This document shows, piece by piece, positions 1-7,987 of a stretch of 37,680 bases of DNA. The number at the start of each line of letters is the position of its first letter. The stretch's first letter is position 1. Made by a program: the position numbers and the translations under genes. Location: IMG/VR virus record IMGVR_UViG_3300030330_004683, positions 1-37,680 of that record; one strand, given 5' to 3'. Below the pieces are notes generated by a model. That model had not been told where the DNA came from, ran no database searches, and worked only from the letters and a program-made list of their open reading frames with translations. The DNA is from a virus (Duplodnaviria > Caudoviricetes).

Positions 1-183
1 GATGGTAATCCAGCTACACCCGATATGAGGTTTATGCCAGATGACATTCTCAAGAAGAAGATGCTTGATACTTTCGTAGATATCAACGATGTCTTTGTTG
101 TAGTGGATGACAGGCAAAAGGTTGTTGATATGTGGAGGAATCTCGGTCTTAACACTTTCCAAGTAGCACCTGGTGACTTCTAA
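1..183 (+). CDS. C-terminal end of HAD-family polynucleotide 3'-phosphatase (T4 PseT/PNK phosphatase-domain-like), truncated by window edge
   Basis: Frame 1, not in ORF track: ...PDDILKKKMLDTFVDINDVFVVVDDRQKVVDMWRNLGLNTFQVAPGDF*. DDRxxVVxMWRxxGxxxxQVAxGDF is the characteristic PNK phosphatase C-terminus. Confidence 0.85.
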   Translation, partial: DGNPATPDMRFMPDDILKKKMLDTFVDINDVFVVVDDRQKVVDMWRNLGLNTFQVAPGDF

Positions 184-200
184 AAAAGTCCAGAAAGTGC

Positions 201-230
201 TTGACATATATAGTATTTTATTAGTAGCTT
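201..230 (+). promoter_or_regulatory. Early sigma70-type promoter P1
   Basis: TTGACA(201-206)-18 nt-TAGCTT(225-230), followed by SD AGGAG and ATG at 257. Confidence 0.75.
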
Positions 231-256
231 TGGCTGTAATTAAAAGGAGAAAATAA

Positions 257-625
257 ATGAGTTCAAGAATAGATTATGTAGATGCTCTCGGAAATCTAAT
301 GCAGGGTATCAAAGATGATTACGCTGGTTGGGGTAGTAACCCTAACGATTTAAGTGATTCACAAAAAGATATCAGGCTTAAAATGATTGATGACTTCAAC
401 AAAAACTTAGATGTTAAGAGTGGTAGGAAGTTTGATAAGATTATCGCTAAAGGTTCTGTTTGGGGTTTCATCGCTAAAGACGATGGAGTTCATAAAGGTA
501 TCCCTCACAAGATGGGAGATGTATTTAAGGCAGCTGGTTGGTCTGCTCCTGCTAAGTGGGCTAGAGGTTCTATCTTTAGTGATAAGAAGTTTTACTCTTG
601 GACAGGTCCTAACTACCTTATATAA
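257..625 (+). CDS. Conserved T4-like phage early hypothetical protein
   Basis: Strong SD. GRKFDKI..SVWGF..GDVFKAAGWSAPAKWARG..WTGPNYL pattern recalled from large myophages. Confidence 0.75.
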   Translation: MSSRIDYVDALGNLMQGIKDDYAGWGSNPNDLSDSQKDIRLKMIDDFNKNLDVKSGRKFDKIIAKGSVWGFIAKDDGVHKGIPHKMGDVFKAAGWSAPAKWARGSIFSDKKFYSWTGPNYLI

Positions 626-858
626 TGAGAGGTCAAGAACTAATAGATTATATCATCGATAGGTTCGATGGCAGTATAGTCCAAGATAACAAATGGCGTG
701 TCAATGGTTCAAACGGAAATCATTACTGGGTTGAATGGCATCCCTTTCACAAACATTATAGTTGTGGTTGTAAAGGATATGCTTTCAGAAGAACCTGTAG
801 ACATATCAAAGATTTAAGTAATACATTCAAGAAAAATATTTTTGCAAATAATGCTTGA
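625..858 (+). CDS. SWIM zinc-finger protein
   Basis: VNGSNGNHYWV...YSCGCKGYAFRRTCRHI fits CxC-x8-CxH SWIM motif. TAATG-coupled to upstream gene. Confidence 0.8.
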   Translation: MRGQELIDYIIDRFDGSIVQDNKWRVNGSNGNHYWVEWHPFHKHYSCGCKGYAFRRTCRHIKDLSNTFKKNIFANNA

Positions 859-883
859 CTTGTATTGTTTTTATTCGTAGCTT
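855..883 (+). promoter_or_regulatory. Early sigma70-type promoter P2
   Basis: TTGACT(855-860)-17 nt-TAGCTT(878-883), SD AAGGAG before ATG at 907. Confidence 0.75.
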
Positions 884-906
884 TAGGTGTAAGATAAAGG
901 AGATAT

Positions 907-1236
907 ATGAGTAATTTAAGTAAAGATTTGATTTTAGACGGCTATTGGGTTAATAAAAAAAGTGGTACTATCCACTTCGTTTCTGAGGATTTTGATTGGT
1001 CTGGTAAGAAAAAATTATGGGCTCAAAGTATGAACCTTAGATATACTAGAGATTATTTCTTCAAAGAAAGAGATGGTAGTCTTGATAGGTTCTTAAAGAA
1101 CTACGAGTTCATTTGTGATGGTGCTGGTATTCCAATGGATTTCTATCATCATGTCTTAACTAATAAAGTTTTAAAAGACAGGTTGAAATACGGCGTGATT
1201 AGTAAAGAAGAATTTTTCGGTAGAGTTTTTAATTAA
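907..1236 (+). CDS. Hypothetical protein
   Basis: ORF with SD AAGGAG behind promoter P2. Confidence 0.7.
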   Translation: MSNLSKDLILDGYWVNKKSGTIHFVSEDFDWSGKKKLWAQSMNLRYTRDYFFKERDGSLDRFLKNYEFICDGAGIPMDFYHHVLTNKVLKDRLKYGVISKEEFFGRVFN

Positions 1237-1251
1237 TAAAAGGGAGTGTAA

Positions 1252-1533
1252 ATGACTTACGTTTATGAAACAGTAATGGGTGGTAAGAATCTCGTAGTAG
1301 AGTATTGCTTCTCATCAATAGACAACTGTATTAAGGTTGTGGAGATGACAGCTGATGGTAAGTTCCATAGGTTTAATTGGATGAACGAAGTAGGGCAGAA
1401 GAAATTGATGTCAGGATTAAAGAGTGACTACAATGCGGTTGGTTCGTTTGTTGACTCGGTTAGTATGGCGTCTTACGATTCTGAAATAGACTTGGACAGA
1501 GATGTTCCAAGTCCTGACTCATTCGGTTGCTGA
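1252..1533 (+). CDS. Hypothetical protein
   Basis: ORF with SD GGGAG. Confidence 0.7.
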   Translation: MTYVYETVMGGKNLVVEYCFSSIDNCIKVVEMTADGKFHRFNWMNEVGQKKLMSGLKSDYNAVGSFVDSVSMASYDSEIDLDRDVPSPDSFGC

Positions 1534-1544
1534 TTTGAGAAGGT

Positions 1545-1601
1545 GGGTTAGACTATCGTTGTTGGTTCTCGTAATAATGACCGACAACTGTAGTCTATCC
1601 C
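1545..1601 (+). other. Long intergenic stem-loop
   Basis: GGG/CCC, TAGACTA(1549-55)/TAGTCTA(1591-97), GTTGTTGGTT(1558-67)/GACCGACAAC(1579-88) with G-U pairs. Confidence 0.7.
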
Positions 1602-1637
1602 TTATGAAAAAAAGCCAAAAAAAATATAAAAAAGTGC

Positions 1638-1666
1638 TTGTATCTTATGTATTTAATCAGTAGCTT
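1638..1666 (+). promoter_or_regulatory. Early sigma70-type promoter P3, near-duplicate of the P1 promoter/RBS cassette
   Basis: TTGTAT-17 nt-TAGCTT. AAAGTGCTTG at 194 and 1631. AGTAGCTTTRGCTGTAATTAAARGGAGAAA(A)TAAATG at 223-259 and 1659-1694. Confidence 0.75.
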
Positions 1667-1691
1667 TAGCTGTAATTAAAGGGAGAAATAA

Positions 1692-1880
1692 ATGAAAGTA
1701 AAGAGTTTTTTTGAAGATGGTTTTATGTGGAGTAAAATAGACAAAGATCCAGATGAGGTCGATGTCATTACTGACCATCTACCAGAACCCAAATGTGGTA
1801 TGGATGAGTTAGTAGAAAAATTGGCTGATGAAGAAGCAGCCTATTGGGAAATGAAAGCGGAGATACATTATGGATTATAA
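1692..1880 (+). CDS. Small acidic hypothetical protein
   Basis: SD GGGAG, behind P3. Confidence 0.7.
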   Translation: MKVKSFFEDGFMWSKIDKDPDEVDVITDHLPEPKCGMDELVEKLADEEAAYWEMKAEIHYGL

Positions 1881-2061
1881 AAAAATCCTACTTAAGTTAG
1901 AACTGATTGAGGCTGAACTTGATGACGCCACAAATCAGATGCCTGAATACAACGCCAACTCAGATGCTCGTGTATCTATTGATGGTGCGAAGTATGAGTT
2001 GTATACATTAAAAGATGATATAGAAAGGGCTATACTTGACGAAAACAAGTCTGATAAGTAG
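1870..2061 (+). CDS. Small helical hypothetical protein
   Basis: SD GGAG, overlaps upstream stop. Confidence 0.7.
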   Translation: MDYKKILLKLELIEAELDDATNQMPEYNANSDARVSIDGAKYELYTLKDDIERAILDENKSDK

Positions 2062-2587
2062 TAGTTGTAAAAAGTGTTCTACTGAGATGGATTCATCACG
2101 AGTCCATCTTGGTTATGACACCTGTATTAAATGTTCTGATACTGAGAAGTATTCAGCCCATGTCGTGTATCCACACAAGACAGGTGCGATTGTCCAACCT
2201 GTCCAAGAGGATACTAAAAGGAATATTCAGAGATTAGACCGAAGGTCTTCTAATGGTGGTCGTGTTGCTAAAGGTATCTTTGCTGATAATAGCTGGGATA
2301 GGTGGCTAGAAAGTTATTATGCTAATATATATAATAAACAACCAGCGAAAAAAATCTCTCTAAAAAAAATTCAAAATTTCTCTCATATGGAATCTAAAAC
2401 CCTCTACCACGAAATAGTAAGAATCTTCATCAACGAAGGTTACCATCAAGCAGTAGACGAAGTTAACAAGTTATATTCCCAAGATAAAATTTCACTAATA
2501 CAAAAAGCAAAAATGATTGACAACCTAGCAGAGTTAGGTATGTTAAATCGTAAAGAAAAAAAGTTATTTAAGAAAAAAGATTCATAA
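2036..2587 (+). CDS. Protein with N-terminal DksA/TraR-like C4 zinc finger
   Basis: CKKC...SRVHLGYDTCIKC has CxxC-x(~16)-CxxC with central Arg as in DksA/TraR fingers. Start codon uncertain (TTG). Confidence 0.55.
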   Translation: MTKTSLISSSCKKCSTEMDSSRVHLGYDTCIKCSDTEKYSAHVVYPHKTGAIVQPVQEDTKRNIQRLDRRSSNGGRVAKGIFADNSWDRWLESYYANIYNKQPAKKISLKKIQNFSHMESKTLYHEIVRIFINEGYHQAVDEVNKLYSQDKISLIQKAKMIDNLAELGMLNRKEKKLFKKKDS

Positions 2588-2653
2588 GACAGCGCCAATT
2601 CTTTAGTCCTCAAATAGTCAATGACTTAAAAGAAGAGGCGCTGTCTTTAGTTT
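2586..2653 (+). terminator. Long hairpin followed by T-rich tract, probable terminator/insulator ending the early block
   Basis: Perfect 11-bp inverted repeat AAGACAGCGCC(2586-96)/GGCGCTGTCTT(2637-47), inner TTCTTT/AAAGAA and AGTC/GACT pairing, then TAGTTTT. Confidence 0.55.
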
Positions 2654-2654
2654 T

Positions 2655-2663
2655 ATATTTATT
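2655..2663 (+). promoter_or_regulatory. Candidate phage late promoter (ATATTTAT)
   Basis: Same motif recurs upstream of several late operons. Confidence 0.5.
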
Positions 2664-2684
2664 AATAATAGGAAAGGAAACCTT

Positions 2685-3263
2685 ATGTCACTAAATAAAC
2701 TACACTTTTTATTAGGTGTTTTAGTAACCTCGTTGTCTGTTGTTATTTATATGGAAACAACTGAATATGAGTTACCTGAACTACCAACCAAGACAGAAAC
2801 CATAGTTCGTATGGTTAATGTTCCATTCACACCAAGTGACTACACAGCACAAGCAGAAGAGATTAAATCTTCTTTGAATAAATCTAAGCTTAAACATATA
2901 CTTATCTATATAGAAGCTCTCTGTTGGGAGTATGGGGTTGATTATGAAATGGTTAAAGCCGTGATACAAACTGAATCTGATTGGAATCATAAAGCTGTTT
3001 CCACAAGTGGAGCAATAGGTTTGATGCAAGTATTACCATCAACAGCAAGGTCAGAGTTCAACACACCAAAACAAGACCTGTTTGACCCGTATGTAAATGT
3101 CACTGTTGGTATTAAATATCTATCTAAACTTAACGATAGATTTGATGATTTGGAATCTACACTTACAGCATATAGTCATGGTCCTACTGCTACTAAAAAA
3201 TACTCACCCACTTATGTTAATAATAACTTTTATGTTAAACGAGTATTTAAGAATCTAAAATGA
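2685..3263 (+). CDS. Lytic transglycosylase (SLT/GH23 family) with N-terminal membrane anchor
   Basis: AVIQTES (catalytic Glu), AVS..GAIGLMQV, LFDPYVNV..G..YL, AYSHG (variant of AYNxG). Hydrophobic N-terminus. Confidence 0.9.
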   Translation: MSLNKLHFLLGVLVTSLSVVIYMETTEYELPELPTKTETIVRMVNVPFTPSDYTAQAEEIKSSLNKSKLKHILIYIEALCWEYGVDYEMVKAVIQTESDWNHKAVSTSGAIGLMQVLPSTARSEFNTPKQDLFDPYVNVTVGIKYLSKLNDRFDDLESTLTAYSHGPTATKKYSPTYVNNNFYVKRVFKNLK

Positions 3264-3913
3264 ACATTGCTACAATAGCTGGTCACTTGGCATTCGGTCT
3301 TATTGCCTTTTCCTTTTTGGTTAAGGACATATTATATCTACGAATACTATCTATACTTGCTAGTTTGTTCTCAGTATTTTACAACTACACCATACCAGCA
3401 GAACCGATGTGGTTGGCTATCAATTGGAACTTTATATTCATAGCCGTTAACCTTTATCATGTCGCTGTTCTTATATATGAAAAGAGACCTGTTAAAATGT
3501 CTCCTAAAGAAAAAGAATTATACGAAACTATGTTTCGTGGTTTATCACCAGTAGAGTTTCTGAAGATTACTAAGATTGCTAAATGGAAACAATTTAAATC
3601 TCCTTTACCAATAATCAAACAAGGTAAACCAGTAAAAGATTTAATTCTTATCTATAACGGATTAGTAGATGTTATAGTTAATGATAAGAAAGTAGCCGAA
3701 CTAAAAGATGGTCAATTCGTAGGAGAGATGTCTTTCCTCACAGAGAAACCAGCAACAGCAACTTGTAAGGTAGAACATAACGCTGAATGTTTAGTTTGGA
3801 ATCAAAAAGACTTTAAGGATTTGTTAAAACGAAATCCCTCTTTATACTTCACAATACAATCGCTCTTAAGTGAGCAAGTATCAAATAACTTAGTTACAAG
3901 TTCTCAAAAATAA
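3260..3913 (+). CDS. Popeye-type membrane protein: 3 TM helices plus cyclic-nucleotide-binding domain
   Basis: GHLAF..SFLVKDILYLRIL..WNFIFIAVNLYH TM region, then LYETMF..LSPVEF, IIKQG, L.LIYNG.V.V, L.DGQFVGEMSFL..ATAT (CNBD phosphate-binding cassette). Confidence 0.85.
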   Translation: MNIATIAGHLAFGLIAFSFLVKDILYLRILSILASLFSVFYNYTIPAEPMWLAINWNFIFIAVNLYHVAVLIYEKRPVKMSPKEKELYETMFRGLSPVEFLKITKIAKWKQFKSPLPIIKQGKPVKDLILIYNGLVDVIVNDKKVAELKDGQFVGEMSFLTEKPATATCKVEHNAECLVWNQKDFKDLLKRNPSLYFTIQSLLSEQVSNNLVTSSQK

Positions 3914-3916
3914 TGC

Positions 3917-3945
3917 TTGTTTTAATGGTTATTTGTTCGTATATT
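3917..3945 (+). promoter_or_regulatory. Early sigma70-type promoter P4
   Basis: AATAATGCTTG context shared with P2. TTGTTT-17 nt-TATATT. Confidence 0.6.
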
Positions 3946-3951
3946 ATATTG

Positions 3952-4055
3952 GATAATTAAATAGGTTATATTCGTTCTCAAAGAAATTTGAATCTCAATT
4001 TAAGAGGTTCTCAAGGGGCATGGTTCTTTCTTCCTTTCTTCCACGCCCCTAAACT
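3952..4055 (+). ncRNA. Candidate structured small RNA or 5' leader with two hairpins
   Basis: GAATCTC(3990-96)/GAGGTTC(4004-10). AGGGGCATGG(4014-23)/CCACGCCCCT(4041-50) enclosing a 17-nt pure pyrimidine loop. Confidence 0.4.
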
Positions 4056-4080
4056 TTAAAACATAAACTAAGAGGTTATA

Positions 4081-4329
4081 ATGAAAAAGAAAATAAAAGT
4101 ACAGAAAATAGATCTTTCACAATTCATGTTAGATAAAGATGACGAAAAGCAATTGAAGTCTTTAGATAAATTATCACCATTAAGTGAAAATTACAAGAAT
4201 AACAAAAGAGTTAATCTTGAATATTTTAACGAAGATGAGTTAGATGATGTAGCTGTTGATGACTATTCAGACTGTGTAGGTCGTGAAGATGTAGAAACAC
4301 TCGGTGATATTGGAATGGATGTATATTAA
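4081..4329 (+). CDS. Hypothetical protein, basic N-terminus and acidic C-terminus
   Basis: SD GAGG, ORF track. Confidence 0.7.
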   Translation: MKKKIKVQKIDLSQFMLDKDDEKQLKSLDKLSPLSENYKNNKRVNLEYFNEDELDDVAVDDYSDCVGREDVETLGDIGMDVY

Positions 4330-4393
4330 AAATTTAAAATCTTAATACTTAAATATAAGTGATTTGGTTAACTGACAGACTATTTATGAATAT

Positions 4394-4723
4394 ATGGAAC
4401 AGAAAGAAAACAACGAACAAATCATTAAAGTATTATCTTTCATACTGAGTAAGTTAGATACGTTAGAGATTGAGCAATCTAAACATAAAGAAATGTTTTA
4501 CAAGGTTCGTAAGAATCTTACAGATGCTAATGATTTAATAAATCAAATACTCGATGTGTTGGAGATAGAGAATCCAGAGTTGTATAATAAGACTATGGAA
4601 CAATATCAAAACGGACATGTGAAAGATTTGGTTTCTACGTTAGACAAACATATAGCAGAACTTGATGAACTAAGTGACGATGATGTTCTTGACTTATTAA
4701 CTCAAATAGTAGGAGAATCTTAA
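4394..4723 (+). CDS. Helical hypothetical protein
   Basis: ORF preceded by CTATTTATG late-like motif (4380-88). Confidence 0.7.
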   Translation: MEQKENNEQIIKVLSFILSKLDTLEIEQSKHKEMFYKVRKNLTDANDLINQILDVLEIENPELYNKTMEQYQNGHVKDLVSTLDKHIAELDELSDDDVLDLLTQIVGES

Positions 4724-4866
4724 TGAATAGTGAAATGATACTCTTTTTAGAGGATTTAAAAGCTTTACTGTTAGAAATAGATACACACCATGAAGAAGAC
4801 CAAAACGAGATACTTATAGAAGTAATAGATTTAATAGATGATAAAATCATTGAATTAGAGTCTTAA
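4723..4866 (+). CDS. 47-aa acidic helical protein (not in ORF track)
   Basis: SD AGGAG, TAATG-coupled. MNSEMILFLEDLKALLLEIDTHHEEDQNEILIEVIDLIDDKIIELES* fills the gap exactly. Confidence 0.75.
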   Translation: MNSEMILFLEDLKALLLEIDTHHEEDQNEILIEVIDLIDDKIIELES

Positions 4867-5157
4867 TTGTTACATTTAATTATTACAATCGTACTAGGAA
4901 TTGTTGCTATCTTTTTTGGGATAGTGACTTTTTACGCATTACGCCGTATCAATGAATACGAAAGCATCATACTAAACATAAACAATACTATAGAAACAAT
5001 AAAACTTCAACTTAAAACCATAGATGATAAAGGTACATTTGAATCAGATGACGAGGTTGGTTTTTTCTTTCAAGAGATAAAACAACTTGGTAATGACTTA
5101 GACAATTTATTTGAAACCGAGGTTGAAGAAAATGAAAAAAAGAAAAAAGAAAAGTAA
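4867..5157 (+). CDS. Single-TM coiled-coil protein
   Basis: Hydrophobic N-terminal helix. D.KGTFESDDEVGFFF motif. Confidence 0.7.
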   Translation: MLHLIITIVLGIVAIFFGIVTFYALRRINEYESIILNINNTIETIKLQLKTIDDKGTFESDDEVGFFFQEIKQLGNDLDNLFETEVEENEKKKKEK

Positions 5158-5839
5158 AGTTTATTTTGGTACACCAGTACATGATGCTATCGTAAGATAC
5201 AACAAGTGTGATAATCCTATAGAACGAAACAAAATTTATACTGAAGAGATACATGCTGCATTTCTTAAGTTAGCAGAAAATATAATTAATACTTTTAAGT
5301 TTAGTTATTTTAGTTATGGGTTTAGAGACTTACAAGAAGAAGTAGTTTCTAACCTCGTTATCAACATGCATAAATTTGATGAGACTAAAGGAAGTAAAGC
5401 ATTTAGTTATTTCTCTGTGGTAGCAAAGAACTATCTTATCCTAAATAATAATGCTAATTATAAGAAAATGAAAATTCATGATGATATTGATGTTTTATAT
5501 GACCAAGGTAATGAAGACGAAAAGATAAAAAAGAATCCATCCAATGATGTATTTAAAAAAACAATCGATTACTTTGATGAAAACATAGAAAGACTTTTCC
5601 CGAAAGACCAAGATAGAGAGATTGCTGAGTCTATATTATATCTTTGTAAGAATAAAGATAGTATAGATAACTTTAATAAGAAAGCAATCTATATAATGAT
5701 TCGTGAGATGACAGATGTTAAAACATCTAAAATAACTCAGATTACGAATACATTCCGTAAAATATATCCTAAAATTCAAGAAGAAGTGCTTACAAGAGGT
5801 CACATAGATAACCTAAGATATACAGGTTCTTTGGTGTAA
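5132..5839 (+). CDS. Phage RNA polymerase sigma factor (late, gp55-like)
   Basis: VYF..AIVRYN..FLKLAENIINTFKF..DLQEEVV..MHKFDETKGSKAFSYFSVVAKN, sigma region-2-like FD..KG..F.YF. ATG at 5132 has SD GAGG. Confidence 0.75.
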   Translation: MKKRKKKSKVYFGTPVHDAIVRYNKCDNPIERNKIYTEEIHAAFLKLAENIINTFKFSYFSYGFRDLQEEVVSNLVINMHKFDETKGSKAFSYFSVVAKNYLILNNNANYKKMKIHDDIDVLYDQGNEDEKIKKNPSNDVFKKTIDYFDENIERLFPKDQDREIAESILYLCKNKDSIDNFNKKAIYIMIREMTDVKTSKITQITNTFRKIYPKIQEEVLTRGHIDNLRYTGSLV

Positions 5840-5854
5840 TATTGTAACCATACT

Positions 5855-5863
5855 ATATTTATA
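5855..5863 (+). promoter_or_regulatory. Candidate phage late promoter ATATTTATA
   Basis: Heads the long baseplate operon, 3 nt before ATG at 5867. Confidence 0.6.
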
Positions 5864-5866
5864 TGT

Positions 5867-6280
5867 ATGGAAAAAGATTTTAAGATATTCGGTGATAAAA
5901 ACTTCTCGGACTTATCTCAAGAGATATACGAGAATAACAAGTTAAAGAAAACTCAAATCGACTTGTTAATTCAAGAGGTACATGGTTACATACAAGGTAT
6001 CGAGGATATTGCTATTGTAGGTCCTATTATCAAGGAACTGATGGATGTCGGTATCAAGAATGATGATAACCTTGTTAAACTAGCCACTCTATATCAAAGG
6101 ATAATGTCTAAACAAACTGTAGATGAAAGTGATGTTGGTTTGTTAACTGAAGAAGAAAAAGAACAACTCATGGCTTCTCTTGAAGATGTAGCAGAAGACT
6201 TACAAAAGAAGAGGGATGATATAGCTGATAAAGATCCTGTAGATATGACCGAGATAAGACAGAAGTATGGTAGTTCATAA
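5867..6280 (+). CDS. Conserved helical phage protein
   Basis: ORF track. KNDDNLVKLA..QR motif. Function unknown. Confidence 0.65.
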   Translation: MEKDFKIFGDKNFSDLSQEIYENNKLKKTQIDLLIQEVHGYIQGIEDIAIVGPIIKELMDVGIKNDDNLVKLATLYQRIMSKQTVDESDVGLLTEEEKEQLMASLEDVAEDLQKKRDDIADKDPVDMTEIRQKYGSS

Positions 6281-7569
6281 TGGCAAATCGATTTTTAGAC
6301 GAAATAACTTCGAAATCAATAAATTTTAATTTAGGATTTGTTGATAGTATTTTTGTTAATAATACGGATAACATCAAACAATCAGAAGAAGGTTCTTCAA
6401 CCCAAATGGTTGTAATAAAATCATTGAGTGATGATAGCTCTATGCCAACTACGTCAAGAACTTTACCACCATCAAGACCTTTATTAAGGGGTATAAGTGA
6501 TTCTATTACTCGTGGTGATATAGTTTTATGGACTGAAATAAGAAAAAAATATTATTATATAGGACCTTTAAATACATTTAATAACCCAAACTTTTCAAAC
6601 GCACCTTTCTATAAAAATACTTTAGAAGGTAGAGATTCAGCTACTTCTAATTTAACCAATAGTCAAGGTTATGGTCAAGACTTTCCATATCTCAAAAACG
6701 TAAAATTAGAAAAAACAAAAAATGATGTTTTAGATTTTTATTCAGATGATGCTATTTATGAAATATCAAAAGTTTCTGATTTGTTGTTTGAAGGAAGGCA
6801 TGGTAATTCTATAAGAATAGGATCTAGAGGGATATTTCCAAATCTGATAATAGATAACGGTAGTGTTGGACCAACAGAAGATGTCAGGTTTGGTTCTACA
6901 TTAGCAATGTTATCAAATGGTTCTATATCACAGAATTTTAATTTACCTGATACATTTAGATTATCTATGGACACAATAAAAGAGAATGGGGAATCAGTTA
7001 CTCCTTTTAGGTTAAATGTTGGGAATGATAATGATGAAGTTTCTTTTAATTATGACTATGGAAAAGAGGATGCTGACGTAACCACTAAAAATGATTTAAA
7101 TCAAATCATAATGTTTTCTGATAGAATAACTTTTGATGCTAGGAATTCTTTAGGTGGAGATTTTACTGTATCAGCAAATAATAATATAAACTTTGGTGCT
7201 AAAAAGAATTTTACTTTAAATAACGAAGGTTACTCAGTTATTAATTCTAATAATATTTATTTAGGAGAGAAAGCAAAGAATAAAGCTGAACCTATAGTAT
7301 TAGGAGAACAACTGAGAATATTATTAGAACAAGTATTGAACATATTAAGTAATGCCCATGCTCTCGTACAAGGTGTTCCATTACCATTAGTGGATGCGAC
7401 TGGAGCTCCTTTAAATGTAGCATCAGGACCATTAGTTAATTCTGTACAAAGTTTGACAGAGATAATACAATCGTTAGAAGAAAGACAACAAGATGATAAT
7501 GGAGTTTATCAAGATGGCGTAACACCATTTTTAAGTAAACATCATTTCATAGAAACGAATAGGAGTTAA
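6280..7569 (+). CDS. Baseplate central spike (gp5/gpV-like) protein
   Basis: N-terminal OB-like region (YYYIGPLN), EGRHGNSIRIGS, beta-helix-like stretch, IYLG...EPIVLGE. Lies just before gp25. Confidence 0.55.
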   Translation: MANRFLDEITSKSINFNLGFVDSIFVNNTDNIKQSEEGSSTQMVVIKSLSDDSSMPTTSRTLPPSRPLLRGISDSITRGDIVLWTEIRKKYYYIGPLNTFNNPNFSNAPFYKNTLEGRDSATSNLTNSQGYGQDFPYLKNVKLEKTKNDVLDFYSDDAIYEISKVSDLLFEGRHGNSIRIGSRGIFPNLIIDNGSVGPTEDVRFGSTLAMLSNGSISQNFNLPDTFRLSMDTIKENGESVTPFRLNVGNDNDEVSFNYDYGKEDADVTTKNDLNQIIMFSDRITFDARNSLGGDFTVSANNNINFGAKKNFTLNNEGYSVINSNNIYLGEKAKNKAEPIVLGEQLRILLEQVLNILSNAHALVQGVPLPLVDATGAPLNVASGPLVNSVQSLTEIIQSLEERQQDDNGVYQDGVTPFLSKHHFIETNRS

Positions 7570-7570
7570 A

Positions 7571-7987
7571 ATGAAGGTTAATATATTTAAGAAGTTAATA
7601 AGAGAAGTAGTAAGAGAAGAGTTAGATTATAAATTTTCTGTACTTGAAAAAAAGTTAGATGAAGTGTTAGTTAGCTCTAGTTCTAATAGTATAGTTGAAG
7701 ATAGAGCGCCACAACCTACCGCATCTCCATCTCCAAAAGTGCCAGCACCAGCCGCCGTGAAACCTAATCCGGCAGCTCCGATTACAAAAGACTCTATTCT
7801 AAATGATATTTTAGCTGAAACTGCTCATAGTGGTGAATGGAAAAATATAGAAAAGGAAGCAGAAGTCCAATCTGTGACAGATAACACTCAAGGACTTCCT
7901 GACTTTTTATCAAATGCTATAAACAAAGATTATTCAGCAGTAATGAATAAGTTAGAAGAAAAGGATCAGTTTAAGAATGGGGCTTAA
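7571..7987 (+). CDS. Conserved phage late protein
   Basis: MKVNIFKKLIREVVREEL N-terminus, Pro/Ala linker, LNDILAET and A.NKDYSAVM motifs. Confidence 0.65.
   Translation: MKVNIFKKLIREVVREELDYKFSVLEKKLDEVLVSSSSNSIVEDRAPQPTASPSPKVPAPAAVKPNPAAPITKDSILNDILAETAHSGEWKNIEKEAEVQSVTDNTQGLPDFLSNAINKDYSAVMNKLEEKDQFKNGA

Noticed and set aside
194-1694. Repeats as a CRISPR array or IS ends
   Set aside because: Spacing is irregular and gene-sized, the repeats are explained as promoter/RBS, and no cas or transposase gene is present
3952-4055. c-di-GMP riboswitch or tRNA
   Set aside because: No GNRA tetraloop/receptor layout, T-loop or cloverleaf recognisable
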